DNA from: Casimicrobiaceae bacterium | Lineage (GTDB): Bacteria; Pseudomonadota; Gammaproteobacteria; Burkholderiales; Casimicrobiaceae | Assembly (NCBI GenBank): GCA_035499955.1 | Contig: DATJXV010000011.1 | Location: 11,277-75,276 of the forward strand | Reading direction: 5' to 3' | Length of the DNA: 64,000 nucleotides | In this document: positions 55,803 to 64,000 of the stretch, piece after piece | Numbering within the stretch: the stretch's first letter is position 1 | How the letters are laid out: the number at the start of each line of letters is the position of its first letter | Made by a program: the position numbers and the translations under genes | Notes under the pieces: model-generated | Seen by the model: only the letters and a program-made list of their open reading frames with translations | The model's database searches: none | Told to the model about the DNA's origin: nothing

Positions 55803-56666
55803 ATGAAGTCCGTGGAAATTACGTATCGCTACGACGGCAGGCTCGCGGCCGCGCGGCCGCGGCCCGCGAGCGCGGAGGCTGCGCGCAGCCGCCTCGACGA
55901 GGGAAGCCGATCGTTCGCTTCGCTGCTGGCGGGGCTGACCGACGGCGACGGCACCGTGCAGCGCGTCGTCGCCGTGGACCCGCGCGACTTGGGGCTTGCG
56001 GCGGAGGGCGACAGCGCGCCGCCGCAGCGGCCGTACGCCGCGGTGCTCGGCTGCTCGGACGCGCGCGTGCCGATCGAGCTCATCTTCAACGAGGGCCCGA
56101 ATGACCTCTTCGTCGTGCGCGTCGCCGGCAACGGTGTCGGCGCCGAGGGCCTGGGCAGCCTCAAGTACGCGGCGGACCATCTCGGCGAGAGCCTCAAGCT
56201 CGTGGTGGTGCTGGGTCACAGCGGCTGCGGCGCCGTATCGGCCGCCGTCGACGTCTTCCTCACGCCGCAGAGCTACCTCGAGCTTGCCGCGCAGCATGCC
56301 CTGCGCAACATCCTCGACCGGCTGCTCGTCGTGGTGCACGCCGCCGCGAAGCGGATCGCGGCGGTGCACGGCCCCGACGTGACGGGTCGCGCGGGCTATC
56401 GCAAGGCGCTGATCGAGGCGGCGGTCGTCTCCAACGCGGCGCTGTCCGCCTTCACGGTCGGGCGGACGCTTTCGGATGCGGGAGCCCGCGGCCTGCGTGC
56501 CGCCTACGGCGTGTGGCTCATCGAATCGCGCGAGGTCTGGGCACCGCGCGCGGGCAGCCGCGAGTGCGCCGGGCTCGCGTACCCGCCGGACGACGACGCC
56601 GCGTTCGCGGAATTCGCCGACGCGGTCGTGCAGTCCGAACGCATCGCAGCCATTCTCGGCGCCTGA
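55803..56666 (+). CDS. Beta-class carbonic anhydrase
   Basis: LGCSDARVP, FVVRVAGN, LGHSGCGAV (Cys/His/Cys Zn ligands); TAAAAT at 55768-55773. Confidence 0.88.
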   Translation: MKSVEITYRYDGRLAAARPRPASAEAARSRLDEGSRSFASLLAGLTDGDGTVQRVVAVDPRDLGLAAEGDSAPPQRPYAAVLGCSDARVPIELIFNEGPNDLFVVRVAGNGVGAEGLGSLKYAADHLGESLKLVVVLGHSGCGAVSAAVDVFLTPQSYLELAAQHALRNILDRLLVVVHAAAKRIAAVHGPDVTGRAGYRKALIEAAVVSNAALSAFTVGRTLSDAGARGLRAAYGVWLIESREVWAPRAGSRECAGLAYPPDDDAAFAEFADAVVQSERIAAILGA

Positions 56667-56670
56667 AGCG

Positions 56671-57582
56671 ATGCCGCGGGGGGTTCACTGGGCCGCCGCT
56701 GCGCTTGCGCTGCTAGCCGCCGTGGCCGCGCGCGCCCAGGACATCGAGCCGCGCCAGTTCTCCAACACCCCGGTCGGCGTGAACTTCCTGCTCGCGGGCT
56801 ACGCGTATACCCGCGGCGGACTCTCCTTCGACCCGTCGCTGCCCATCACCGACACCAGCCTGCGTACGTCCAACGCGCTCTTCGCCTATGCACGCGCGCT
56901 GGACCTGTGGGGGCTGTCCGGCAAGTTCGACGCGGTCGTCCCTTACACGTGGCTTTCCGGGTCGGCGGATTACGCGGGCCAGCCGGTCCAGCGGGTCGTG
57001 AGCGGATTCGGCGACCCGGCGTTCCGCCTGTCGGTGAACTTCTATGGCGCGCCTGCGCTCACGCTGAAGGAGTTCCGGGACTATCGGCAGGACCTGATCA
57101 TAGGCGGCAGCTTCCGCGTGTTCGTGCCCGTCGGCCAGTACGACAGCAGCCGGGTGGTCAACATCGGCGCGCACCGATGGGCGTTCAAGCCCGAGTTCGG
57201 CGCGTCGAAAGCGGTAAGCGACTGGACCTTCGAGCTCATGGGTGCGGCCACCTTCTACACCGCCAACGACGACTTCTATGGCGGCCACGCGCGCACGCAG
57301 GACCCTGTCTACTCCGTCCAGGGCCACGCGATCTACAACTTCCCCTCGGGCATCTGGGGTGCGGTCGACGCGACGTACTACTGGGGCGGGAAGTCTTACG
57401 TCGACGGCGACCCGAGCGGGGGCGAGCTCAAGAACTGGCGCTACGGGGCGACGCTCGTCTTCCCCATCGACGTGCAAAACTCGATCAAGCTCTACGCGAG
57501 CAACGGCATTTCCGCGCGCACCGGCGCCAACTACGCTCTTGTCGGCGCATTATGGCAATACCGCTGGGGCGGCGGATTATAG
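56671..57582 (+). CDS. MetA-pathway/'transporter'-type outer-membrane beta-barrel
   Basis: Signal; DIEPRQFSNTPVG; PVGQYD...NIGAHRW; ends QYRWGGGL. Confidence 0.75.
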   Translation: MPRGVHWAAAALALLAAVAARAQDIEPRQFSNTPVGVNFLLAGYAYTRGGLSFDPSLPITDTSLRTSNALFAYARALDLWGLSGKFDAVVPYTWLSGSADYAGQPVQRVVSGFGDPAFRLSVNFYGAPALTLKEFRDYRQDLIIGGSFRVFVPVGQYDSSRVVNIGAHRWAFKPEFGASKAVSDWTFELMGAATFYTANDDFYGGHARTQDPVYSVQGHAIYNFPSGIWGAVDATYYWGGKSYVDGDPSGGELKNWRYGATLVFPIDVQNSIKLYASNGISARTGANYALVGALWQYRWGGGL

Positions 57583-57594
57583 AGAGGACGCATC

Positions 57595-60300
57595 ATGACA
57601 AGCACCGCCGAACAGAAGCGGCTCGACGAGGCGCGCGAGCAATCGGTGCCGTGGAAGCGCTGGGGACCCTACTTGAGCGAGCGGCAATGGGGCACGGTGC
57701 GCGAGGATTACTCCGACGACGGCAACGCGTGGGACTACTTCAGCCACGACCAGGCGCGCTCGCGCGCCTACCGCTGGGGCGAGGACGGCATGGCGGGCAT
57801 CAGCGACGACCGCCAGCGCCTGTGCTTCGCGCTCGCGCTGTGGAACGGCCGCGATGCGATCCTCAAGGAGCGGATGTACGGCCTCACCAACAGCGAGGGC
57901 AATCACGGCGAGGACGTCAAGGAGTACTACTTCTACCTCGACAGCACGCCTACGCATTCGTACATGAAGTACCTGTACAAATATCCGCAGGCCGCGTATC
58001 CGTACGAGGACCTCATCGCGACGAACCGCGAGCGCGGGCGCGGCGGGCTCGAGTACGAGCTCATCGACACCGGCGTGTTCGACGCCGACCGCTATTTCGA
58101 CGTTCTCGTCGAGTACGCGAAGGCCGTGACGGACGACATCCTCGTGCGCATTACGGTGACCAACCGCGGCGACGCGTCCGCCACGCTGCGCGTGCTGCCG
58201 ACCCTGTGGTTCCGCAACACGTGGAGCGTCGCGCCCTCCGCCGTGAAGCCTTCGCTCGCGGCGGTGGCGGGCCGCATGCGCGCGATCGCCGCGACGCATC
58301 CCGACTTGGGCGAGTACGCGCTTCGCTGCGACGGCGAGCCCACCCTGCTGTTCACCGAGAACGAGACCAACAACCGGCGCCTGTTCGGCTCCGACAACCC
58401 CACACCCTACGTCAAGGACGCGTTTCACGAATACGTGGTGCATGGACGGCGCAACGCGGTCAATCCCGAGGGGCGCGGCACCAAGGCTGCGGCCGACTAC
58501 GCGTTGACGGTCGAAGGTGGCAAGAGCGCGGTCGTCCGGTTGCGGCTCTGCCGCGCCGACGCGAAGGGCGACGCCTTCGGCCGCGCCTTCGAAGACGTCT
58601 TCGCGTCGCGCATCCGCGAGGCCGACGAGTTCTACCGCTCGATCACGCCGGCGTCCGCCACGGAGGACGAGGCGCGCGTGATCCGCCAGGGGCTGGCCGG
58701 GATGCTGTGGACGAAGCAGTACTACGAATTCGACGCCGACCGCTGGCTCGAGGAGCATGACGCCCATCCGCTGATGGGGCAGTCGCGCCAGATGCGCAAC
58801 CGCGAGTGGTTCCACATGGTCAACGCGGACGTCATCTCGATGCCCGACAAGTGGGAGTATCCCTGGTACGCCGCCTGGGACCTCGCGTTCCACTGCGTCG
58901 CACTGAGCGCCGTCGACCCGGACTTCGCGAAGCAGCAGCTCGACCTCATGCTGCGCGGGGTCTACATGCACCCGAGCGGTCAGATTCCCGCGTACGAGTG
59001 GAATTACAGCGACGTGAACCCCCCGGTCCACGCCTGGGCGACGCTGTTCCTGCATCGAACCAACCAGGCGCTCGGCAACGAGGTTGACCACGAGTTCCTC
59101 AAGCGCTCGTTCATGAAGCTCGCGCTCAACTTCAACTGGTGGGTCAACCGCAAGGACCGCACGGGGCGCAACGTCTTCGAGGGCGGCTTCCTCGGCCTCG
59201 ACAACATCGGCGTGTTCGACCGCAGCGCCGCGCTACCGACCGGCGGCTATCTCGAGCAGGCCGACGGCACCGCCTGGGTCGCGCTCTTCTGCCAGAACAT
59301 GGTCGAGCTGGCCGTCGAGGTCGCCGCGGAAGACCCGAGTTTCGAGGACATGTGCACGAAGTTCACCGAGCACTTCCTGTGGATCGCGTCGGGGATGAAT
59401 CACGCCGGGCAGTCCGGCATGTGGGACGAGGAGGACGGGTTCTACTACGACGTGCTGCGGCTGCCGGACGGAAGCGCCCAGCGGCTCAAGGTGCGCTCCA
59501 TGGTCGGGCTGCTCCCGTTGTGCGCGACCTCCGTGATCGAGCGCTGGCAGCGCGAGCGCGTCCCGCGCGTCGTCGAAGCCTTCCTGGATCGCCTCGCGCG
59601 CATGCCCGAGCTCCTCGAAAGCGTGCACGAGACCGGGCCGGGGCATTTCGGCGTCAACGAGCGCGGCATTTTCGCGCTCGTGAGCGAGAAGCGGCTGCGC
59701 CGGATCCTCGCGCGCGTGCTGGACGAGAACGAGTTCCTGAGTCCGTACGGGCTGCGTGCGTTATCGCGCTATCACCTCGACCATCCGTACGTCTTCCGCG
59801 CCGGCGGGCAGGAGTTTCGGGTCGGCTACCTTCCCGCCGAGTCCGACTCCGGCATGTTCGGCGGCAACTCCAACTGGCGCGGACCGATCTGGATGCCGGT
59901 CAACGTGCTCGTCATCCGCGCGCTCATGCAGTACTACCTCTACTACGGCGACGCGTTCAAGGTCGAGTGCCCGACCGGCTCTGGTCGCATGATGAACCTG
60001 TTCGAGGTAAGCCGGGAGCTGGCGGCGCGCCTCGAACGCATCTTCCTTCGCGACGACAAGGGACGGCGCCCCGTCTACGGCGGCACGGAGAAATTCCAAG
60101 CCGATCCGCACTGGCGCGACTGCATCCTCTTCTACGAATATTTCCACGGCGACAACGGCGCGGGCCTCGGCGCGAGTCACCAGACCGGGTGGACCGGGCT
60201 CGTCGCGCGGCTCATCCAGCTGTTCGGCAAGGTCGACGAGGCGCGCTATCTGCAGTTCGGCAAGCGGGACGCGGCGGCGGAAATGTCCAAGACCGGCTGA
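57595..60300 (+). CDS. MGH1-like GH63 glucosidase (901 aa)
   Basis: [61 protein letters not shown]. Confidence 0.9.
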   Translation: MTSTAEQKRLDEAREQSVPWKRWGPYLSERQWGTVREDYSDDGNAWDYFSHDQARSRAYRWGEDGMAGISDDRQRLCFALALWNGRDAILKERMYGLTNSEGNHGEDVKEYYFYLDSTPTHSYMKYLYKYPQAAYPYEDLIATNRERGRGGLEYELIDTGVFDADRYFDVLVEYAKAVTDDILVRITVTNRGDASATLRVLPTLWFRNTWSVAPSAVKPSLAAVAGRMRAIAATHPDLGEYALRCDGEPTLLFTENETNNRRLFGSDNPTPYVKDAFHEYVVHGRRNAVNPEGRGTKAAADYALTVEGGKSAVVRLRLCRADAKGDAFGRAFEDVFASRIREADEFYRSITPASATEDEARVIRQGLAGMLWTKQYYEFDADRWLEEHDAHPLMGQSRQMRNREWFHMVNADVISMPDKWEYPWYAAWDLAFHCVALSAVDPDFAKQQLDLMLRGVYMHPSGQIPAYEWNYSDVNPPVHAWATLFLHRTNQALGNEVDHEFLKRSFMKLALNFNWWVNRKDRTGRNVFEGGFLGLDNIGVFDRSAALPTGGYLEQADGTAWVALFCQNMVELAVEVAAEDPSFEDMCTKFTEHFLWIASGMNHAGQSGMWDEEDGFYYDVLRLPDGSAQRLKVRSMVGLLPLCATSVIERWQRERVPRVVEAFLDRLARMPELLESVHETGPGHFGVNERGIFALVSEKRLRRILARVLDENEFLSPYGLRALSRYHLDHPYVFRAGGQEFRVGYLPAESDSGMFGGNSNWRGPIWMPVNVLVIRALMQYYLYYGDAFKVECPTGSGRMMNLFEVSRELAARLERIFLRDDKGRRPVYGGTEKFQADPHWRDCILFYEYFHGDNGAGLGASHQTGWTGLVARLIQLFGKVDEARYLQFGKRDAAAEMSKTG

Positions 60301-60410
60301 GGCAGCGTTCGCGGCGCGAAGCTCGATCTCGGCGGCCGAGGTCCGCCCGCCCGCTGCCGAAGGGCCGTGACGGTAGACCTCCGGCTCGTCGCGACGGCCT
60401 GTGAACAGGC

Positions 60411-61265
60411 CTAGAATTTCTCGGGCACCCACTTGTACGGGTAGTCGGGCTCGCGGTAGCTCTTCTCCTTCTGGCGGTCGGGGAGCTTGACCTTCTCGCG
60501 CTTTACGTCCTCGTAGGGTATCTTGCTCAGCAGGTGCCGGATGATGTTGAGCCGCACGCGCTTCTTGTCCTCGGACTTGGCTGCGTACCATGGCGCCCAC
60601 GACGAGTCGGTCGCGGCGAACATCTCGTCGCGCGCCCGAGAGTAGTCGTACCAGCGGCTGTACGACTTCAAGTCCATCGGCGACAGCTTCCAGATCTTGC
60701 GGCCGTCGTCGATGCGCGCCTTCAACCTGCGCGTTTGCTCCTGCTCGCTCACTTCCAGCCAGTACTTGATGAGGATGATGCCGGAATCCACCATGGCCTT
60801 CTCGACCAGCGGCGCGGCGTTGAGAAACTTCTTTGCCTGCTCCTCGCTGCAAAAGCCCATCACGCGCTCCACACCCGCACGGTTGTACCAGCTGCGGTCG
60901 AAGATCACGATCTCGCCGGCGGCGGGCAGGTGCGGAATGTAGCGCTGAATGTACATCTGCGACTTCTCGCGGTCGGTGGGCGCCGGCAGGGCGACCACCC
61001 GGAAGACGCGCGGGCTCACCCGCTCGGTGATCGCCTTGATCGTGCCGCCCTTGCCGGCGCCGTCGCGGCCCTCGAAGATGACGCAGACCTTCAGGCCCTT
61101 GTGCACCACCCATTCCTGCAGCTTGACGAGCTCGACGTGGAGCTTCTTGAGCTCTTTCGCGTATTCCTTGTTGCCGAGCGTTCCGTCGGCCTTGCCGGAG
61201 GCATCCGCTTTTTTCACAACCTTGTCTTGCGGTGGCTTGTCCTGCGCTGTCTTCTTCTTGGCCAT
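60411..61265 (-). CDS. ppk2: Polyphosphate kinase 2, copy 2
   Basis: FEGRDGAGKGG, FDRSWYNRAGVERVMGFC, WKLSPMD; Lys-rich N-terminus. Confidence 0.95.
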   Translation of the reverse strand: MAKKKTAQDKPPQDKVVKKADASGKADGTLGNKEYAKELKKLHVELVKLQEWVVHKGLKVCVIFEGRDGAGKGGTIKAITERVSPRVFRVVALPAPTDREKSQMYIQRYIPHLPAAGEIVIFDRSWYNRAGVERVMGFCSEEQAKKFLNAAPLVEKAMVDSGIILIKYWLEVSEQEQTRRLKARIDDGRKIWKLSPMDLKSYSRWYDYSRARDEMFAATDSSWAPWYAAKSEDKKRVRLNIIRHLLSKIPYEDVKREKVKLPDRQKEKSYREPDYPYKWVPEKF

Positions 61266-61289
61266 GTGGAGATCTCCTTCGGTTGGATA

Positions 61290-62162
61290 TCACGTCATCG
61301 CTGGCTGCGTCGCGCGGCGCCTCCAGATCACGTACGGGATCACGGTCAGCGCGGACAGCAGGAAGTAGGCGAGCACCGTGGCGATGATACCGGGTGCCGC
61401 CTTGTTGAGCGTTGCGACCAGCAGCGCGAGTCCGGTGTTGCGCGCGGCGCTCGAGATCGCGGTCGACGTGCGGGTCGCGGTGTCCGGGCCGCCCAGCGCG
61501 TGGCCGACGGCCAGCGCGAGCAGCGTGACGGCGACGACTGCCACCGCCACGCGTGCCCCTGCGACGACCACGAGCTTCCACACGTCGGCGAGCACCAGCA
61601 TCACGAGCGCGATGAGCAGCAGCGATCCGAGCGTGCGAAGCCGGGGCTCGATCCACGTTGCGCCCGAGTCCCACGCCCGTCGTGTGGCCGCACCGAGGCA
61701 AAGTGGCAGCAACTGCGCGAAGAATACCTGACGCGCGAGATTAACGGGATCGATCGACACGCTGCTGGCGTAGTACTCGTCGAGGGCGTCGATCCACAGC
61801 GGCACCGACGCGATGGCGAGGATCGCCAGCAGGAGCTGCAGTGCGGGGGCGAACGCGCGATGCCCGCCGGCGTCCAGCGCGCGGCGCAGGGCCACGGGTG
61901 CGCCCGGCGCGATGGCCATCAGCATGATGCCGATCTCGGCGTCGCGCGGCATGTCGAGCGCACGCGCGACCATCCAGGCGATCGCCGGAACGGTGACGAC
62001 CACCGAGAACAGCGCCCGAAGCACGAGGCCCGGTCGTTCGATCACCCAACGGAATTCGATCGGGGCGACCGCGAGACCGATGTCGAACATGATGACGAAG
62101 AGCGTGGCCGCCGCTGCGGAAGACAGCAGCCAGTCGGGGACCGGACCGTCGAGCGGCGGCAC
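61290..62162 (-). CDS. Bile acid:Na+ symporter (BASS)-family transporter
   Basis: IMFDIGL, MAIAPGAP, LAVGHALGGP...TAISSAARNTGLAL; start (GTG 62162 or TTG 62168) uncertain. Confidence 0.78.
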   Translation of the reverse strand: MPPLDGPVPDWLLSSAAAATLFVIMFDIGLAVAPIEFRWVIERPGLVLRALFSVVVTVPAIAWMVARALDMPRDAEIGIMLMAIAPGAPVALRRALDAGGHRAFAPALQLLLAILAIASVPLWIDALDEYYASSVSIDPVNLARQVFFAQLLPLCLGAATRRAWDSGATWIEPRLRTLGSLLLIALVMLVLADVWKLVVVAGARVAVAVVAVTLLALAVGHALGGPDTATRTSTAISSAARNTGLALLVATLNKAAPGIIATVLAYFLLSALTVIPYVIWRRRATQPAMT

Positions 62163-62164
62163 GC

Positions 62165-63565
62165 TCAAGCCCCTGCCGCGGTACGATCGAGAGCCGGAGC
62201 GCCGCCCAGCCCCTGCGAGTCGGGGATGCGTGCCAGCGCGCGGTCCTCGGGATTGGCGTAGGACGCATCGATGGCGCGGTCGAGGAGCTCGAGCTCGGCT
62301 GCGAGCGCAGGCCTGCGATGCTCGGGCAGCGAACGGTCGAGATTGTCGAGCATTGCGCGCATTCTGCGTGCTATCTGAACGTTCGACGCGCCGCACATCC
62401 GGATCTCGTGGCACGCGAGGTTGACGTAGTTTTCCCAGTTCGGCGTACGAAAGATCACGCGCGGCTCTCCGGTCTCGTCGCAGATGATCTCGCCGCGAAG
62501 CTGGCGCTTGCCGAGCACGCGCATCAGGCGATGCACCTGGTCGATCGCGAGGACCGCCGTGGTCGGGTCGTTGATGGCCGGCGAGAGCGCCTTGAGCGCG
62601 ATGTCCACCAGGATGCGAAGGGCGAACATCGGATCCTGCTCGAGCGTACGTTCTCCGCCGAAGGCGACGGTCGTGCGCAACGCACGGTCGTCGATGGCGG
62701 CGGCACCGCCGTACAGCGCGAACAGCGGCTCGTCCACAGCCACGAAATCCCCTACTTGCGGCCAGAACTCGACCACGCCGGCGCTGCGCCGCGCGAGCGA
62801 CAGGACCGTCGCAAGATCGACCGCGAGCACGATCCCGGAGGTGCCGCTGTGCGGGAGCATGCGCGCAGGCGCCCCGAGCTGCGCGCGCAGCGGCGCGGCC
62901 TCGGCTACGAGGCCGCCGGAGGAGGCCGGATAGACGCACTTGATCACCTGCGCGCCGTCGTTGCCGACGCTCGCGACGACGCTTACCGGGCGCAGCAATC
63001 GCGCTGCGTAATCGATGAGGAACAGGAAGTCGGCGATGGAGGCCACGCCGAGTACCGCGGTGACCACCGCCACGAGCTGCGGCACCGACGTCGCGCCACC
63101 GGACCGGTTGAGCGCGACGACCGCGAACACCAGCGTGAACACGAACAGCCCCACGCTATAGCGCACGACGTTGTTGCGCAGGAGGGTCGTGGCGATGATG
63201 CGCGGGGTGAGCTGGCCGCTCGCCACCTGGATCGCGACCAGCAGCGAACCGAACGTGAAGACCAGGAACGAGAGGGTGAGCGTGATCACCGTCTGATACA
63301 TGGCCTCCAGGCCGGACTCGGCGATGCTCGTGATCCTCCAGCCGAGCCAAGCATCGAGCAGGCGCAAGAGCGGCGCCGTCAGGAACACGAGCACGATGGC
63401 GATGAGTGGAACGGTCCACAAGGCCGACTTGAGGTAGCTCGTCGTGCGGTACAGCCGATTCCACGTCAGCTTGCGCCGTACGTAGCGACGAATTCGGCGC
63501 CGCCGCAGCGCAGCTCGGACCACGAGGCGCTTCCACTTCCGGCGCAATTTGGAGCCGCTGCTCAT
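62165..63565 (-). CDS. DUF2254-family membrane protein
   Basis: QVASGQLTPR, VGDFV, ERTLEQDPMFALRILVDIALKALSPAINDPTTAV; Arg-rich N-terminus, so the start may be later. Confidence 0.85.
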   Translation of the reverse strand: MSSGSKLRRKWKRLVVRAALRRRRIRRYVRRKLTWNRLYRTTSYLKSALWTVPLIAIVLVFLTAPLLRLLDAWLGWRITSIAESGLEAMYQTVITLTLSFLVFTFGSLLVAIQVASGQLTPRIIATTLLRNNVVRYSVGLFVFTLVFAVVALNRSGGATSVPQLVAVVTAVLGVASIADFLFLIDYAARLLRPVSVVASVGNDGAQVIKCVYPASSGGLVAEAAPLRAQLGAPARMLPHSGTSGIVLAVDLATVLSLARRSAGVVEFWPQVGDFVAVDEPLFALYGGAAAIDDRALRTTVAFGGERTLEQDPMFALRILVDIALKALSPAINDPTTAVLAIDQVHRLMRVLGKRQLRGEIICDETGEPRVIFRTPNWENYVNLACHEIRMCGASNVQIARRMRAMLDNLDRSLPEHRRPALAAELELLDRAIDASYANPEDRALARIPDSQGLGGAPALDRTAAGA

Positions 63566-63639
63566 CGCATTACGGCAGTTGCAGCGAAACGAGAGGAGCG
63601 CTCGCGCGCCGTGCTAGTGTGGCGGCCCGAAGGAGCGTC

Positions 63640-64000
63640 GTGCGGGAGCGTGAAGTGGGACCAGCGCCTGGGGACGAGCGCGAAACACTGCTCGATCCGG
63701 TCGATCGAATATCGGAGGTCCTGTTCGGCCTCATCATGGCGATGACGATCGTCGGATCGATCTCGATCGCCACGGCCGGCCAGGCTGAAGCGCTCACCGT
63801 CGCGAAGGCAGCGCTGGGCTGCAACCTCGCGTGGGGTCTCGTCGACGCCGTCATGTACGTCGTACGCACGGTGACCGAGCGCTCGCGCTATCGAGTGCTC
63901 GGCCGGCGCATCCGAACCGAGGACGCCGCTACCGCGCACCGGCTGATCTCGCAGGCGCTGCCGGAGCATCTCGCGGCCATCGTCGAGCCGAGCGCCATCG
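63640..64000 (+). CDS. VIT1/CCC1-like membrane protein, 5' part
   Basis: Own translation from GTG 63640 after AGGAG: ...LLDPVDRISEVLFGLIMAMTIVGS...ALGCNLAWGLVDAVMY...; truncated by the window end. Confidence 0.65.
   Translation, partial: MREREVGPAPGDERETLLDPVDRISEVLFGLIMAMTIVGSISIATAGQAEALTVAKAALGCNLAWGLVDAVMYVVRTVTERSRYRVLGRRIRTEDAATAHRLISQALPEHLAAIVEPSAI

Noticed and set aside
60301-60411. Short inverted repeats between GH63 and ppk2
   Set aside because: Stems of 7 bp or less in GC-rich DNA without U-tracts; not distinguishable from chance.

Overview
GC-rich, Betaproteobacteria-like chromosomal window (by eye about 65-70% GC; taxonomy inferred from gene content and style). I found no rRNA, tRNA, CRISPR array, integrase or transposase. 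About 56 plausible CDS, in order: a phosphate-starvation lipid-remodelling pair (PlcP/LpxH-like phosphoesterase plus GT4); a PAS adenylate cyclase followed by a ~1460-aa secreted glycanase/adhesin-like protein; efp-earP; a trehalose locus (OtsA with a membrane-sensor N-terminus, OtsB, GH15); purine catabolism (8-oxoguanine deaminase-like, xdhABC, BMP-type ABC importer) running straight into ppk2 and DUF2252; a mirrored pair of amino-acid SBP plus SlyB-like genes; an Mla/Mce system; a Tat arylsulfatase plus beta-barrel; a DUF3141(PhaC-like)-pta-ackA-CoA transferase-fabI-sulP cassette; carbonic anhydrase, a GH63 glucosidase and a second ppk2. The strongest non-obvious signals are non-coding. Two FNR/FixK-type boxes sit at the class II position (-41.5) of apparently leaderless promoters: one drives hemG, the other the PhaC-like/pta/ack/fabI cassette, a candidate anoxic PHA-to-acid, ATP-yielding module. 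A PhoB box with textbook spacing precedes an unannotated small gene. A REP-like palindrome occurs twice, once supplying the C-terminus of XdhC. All product calls come from motifs recognised in the translations; no database search was run.
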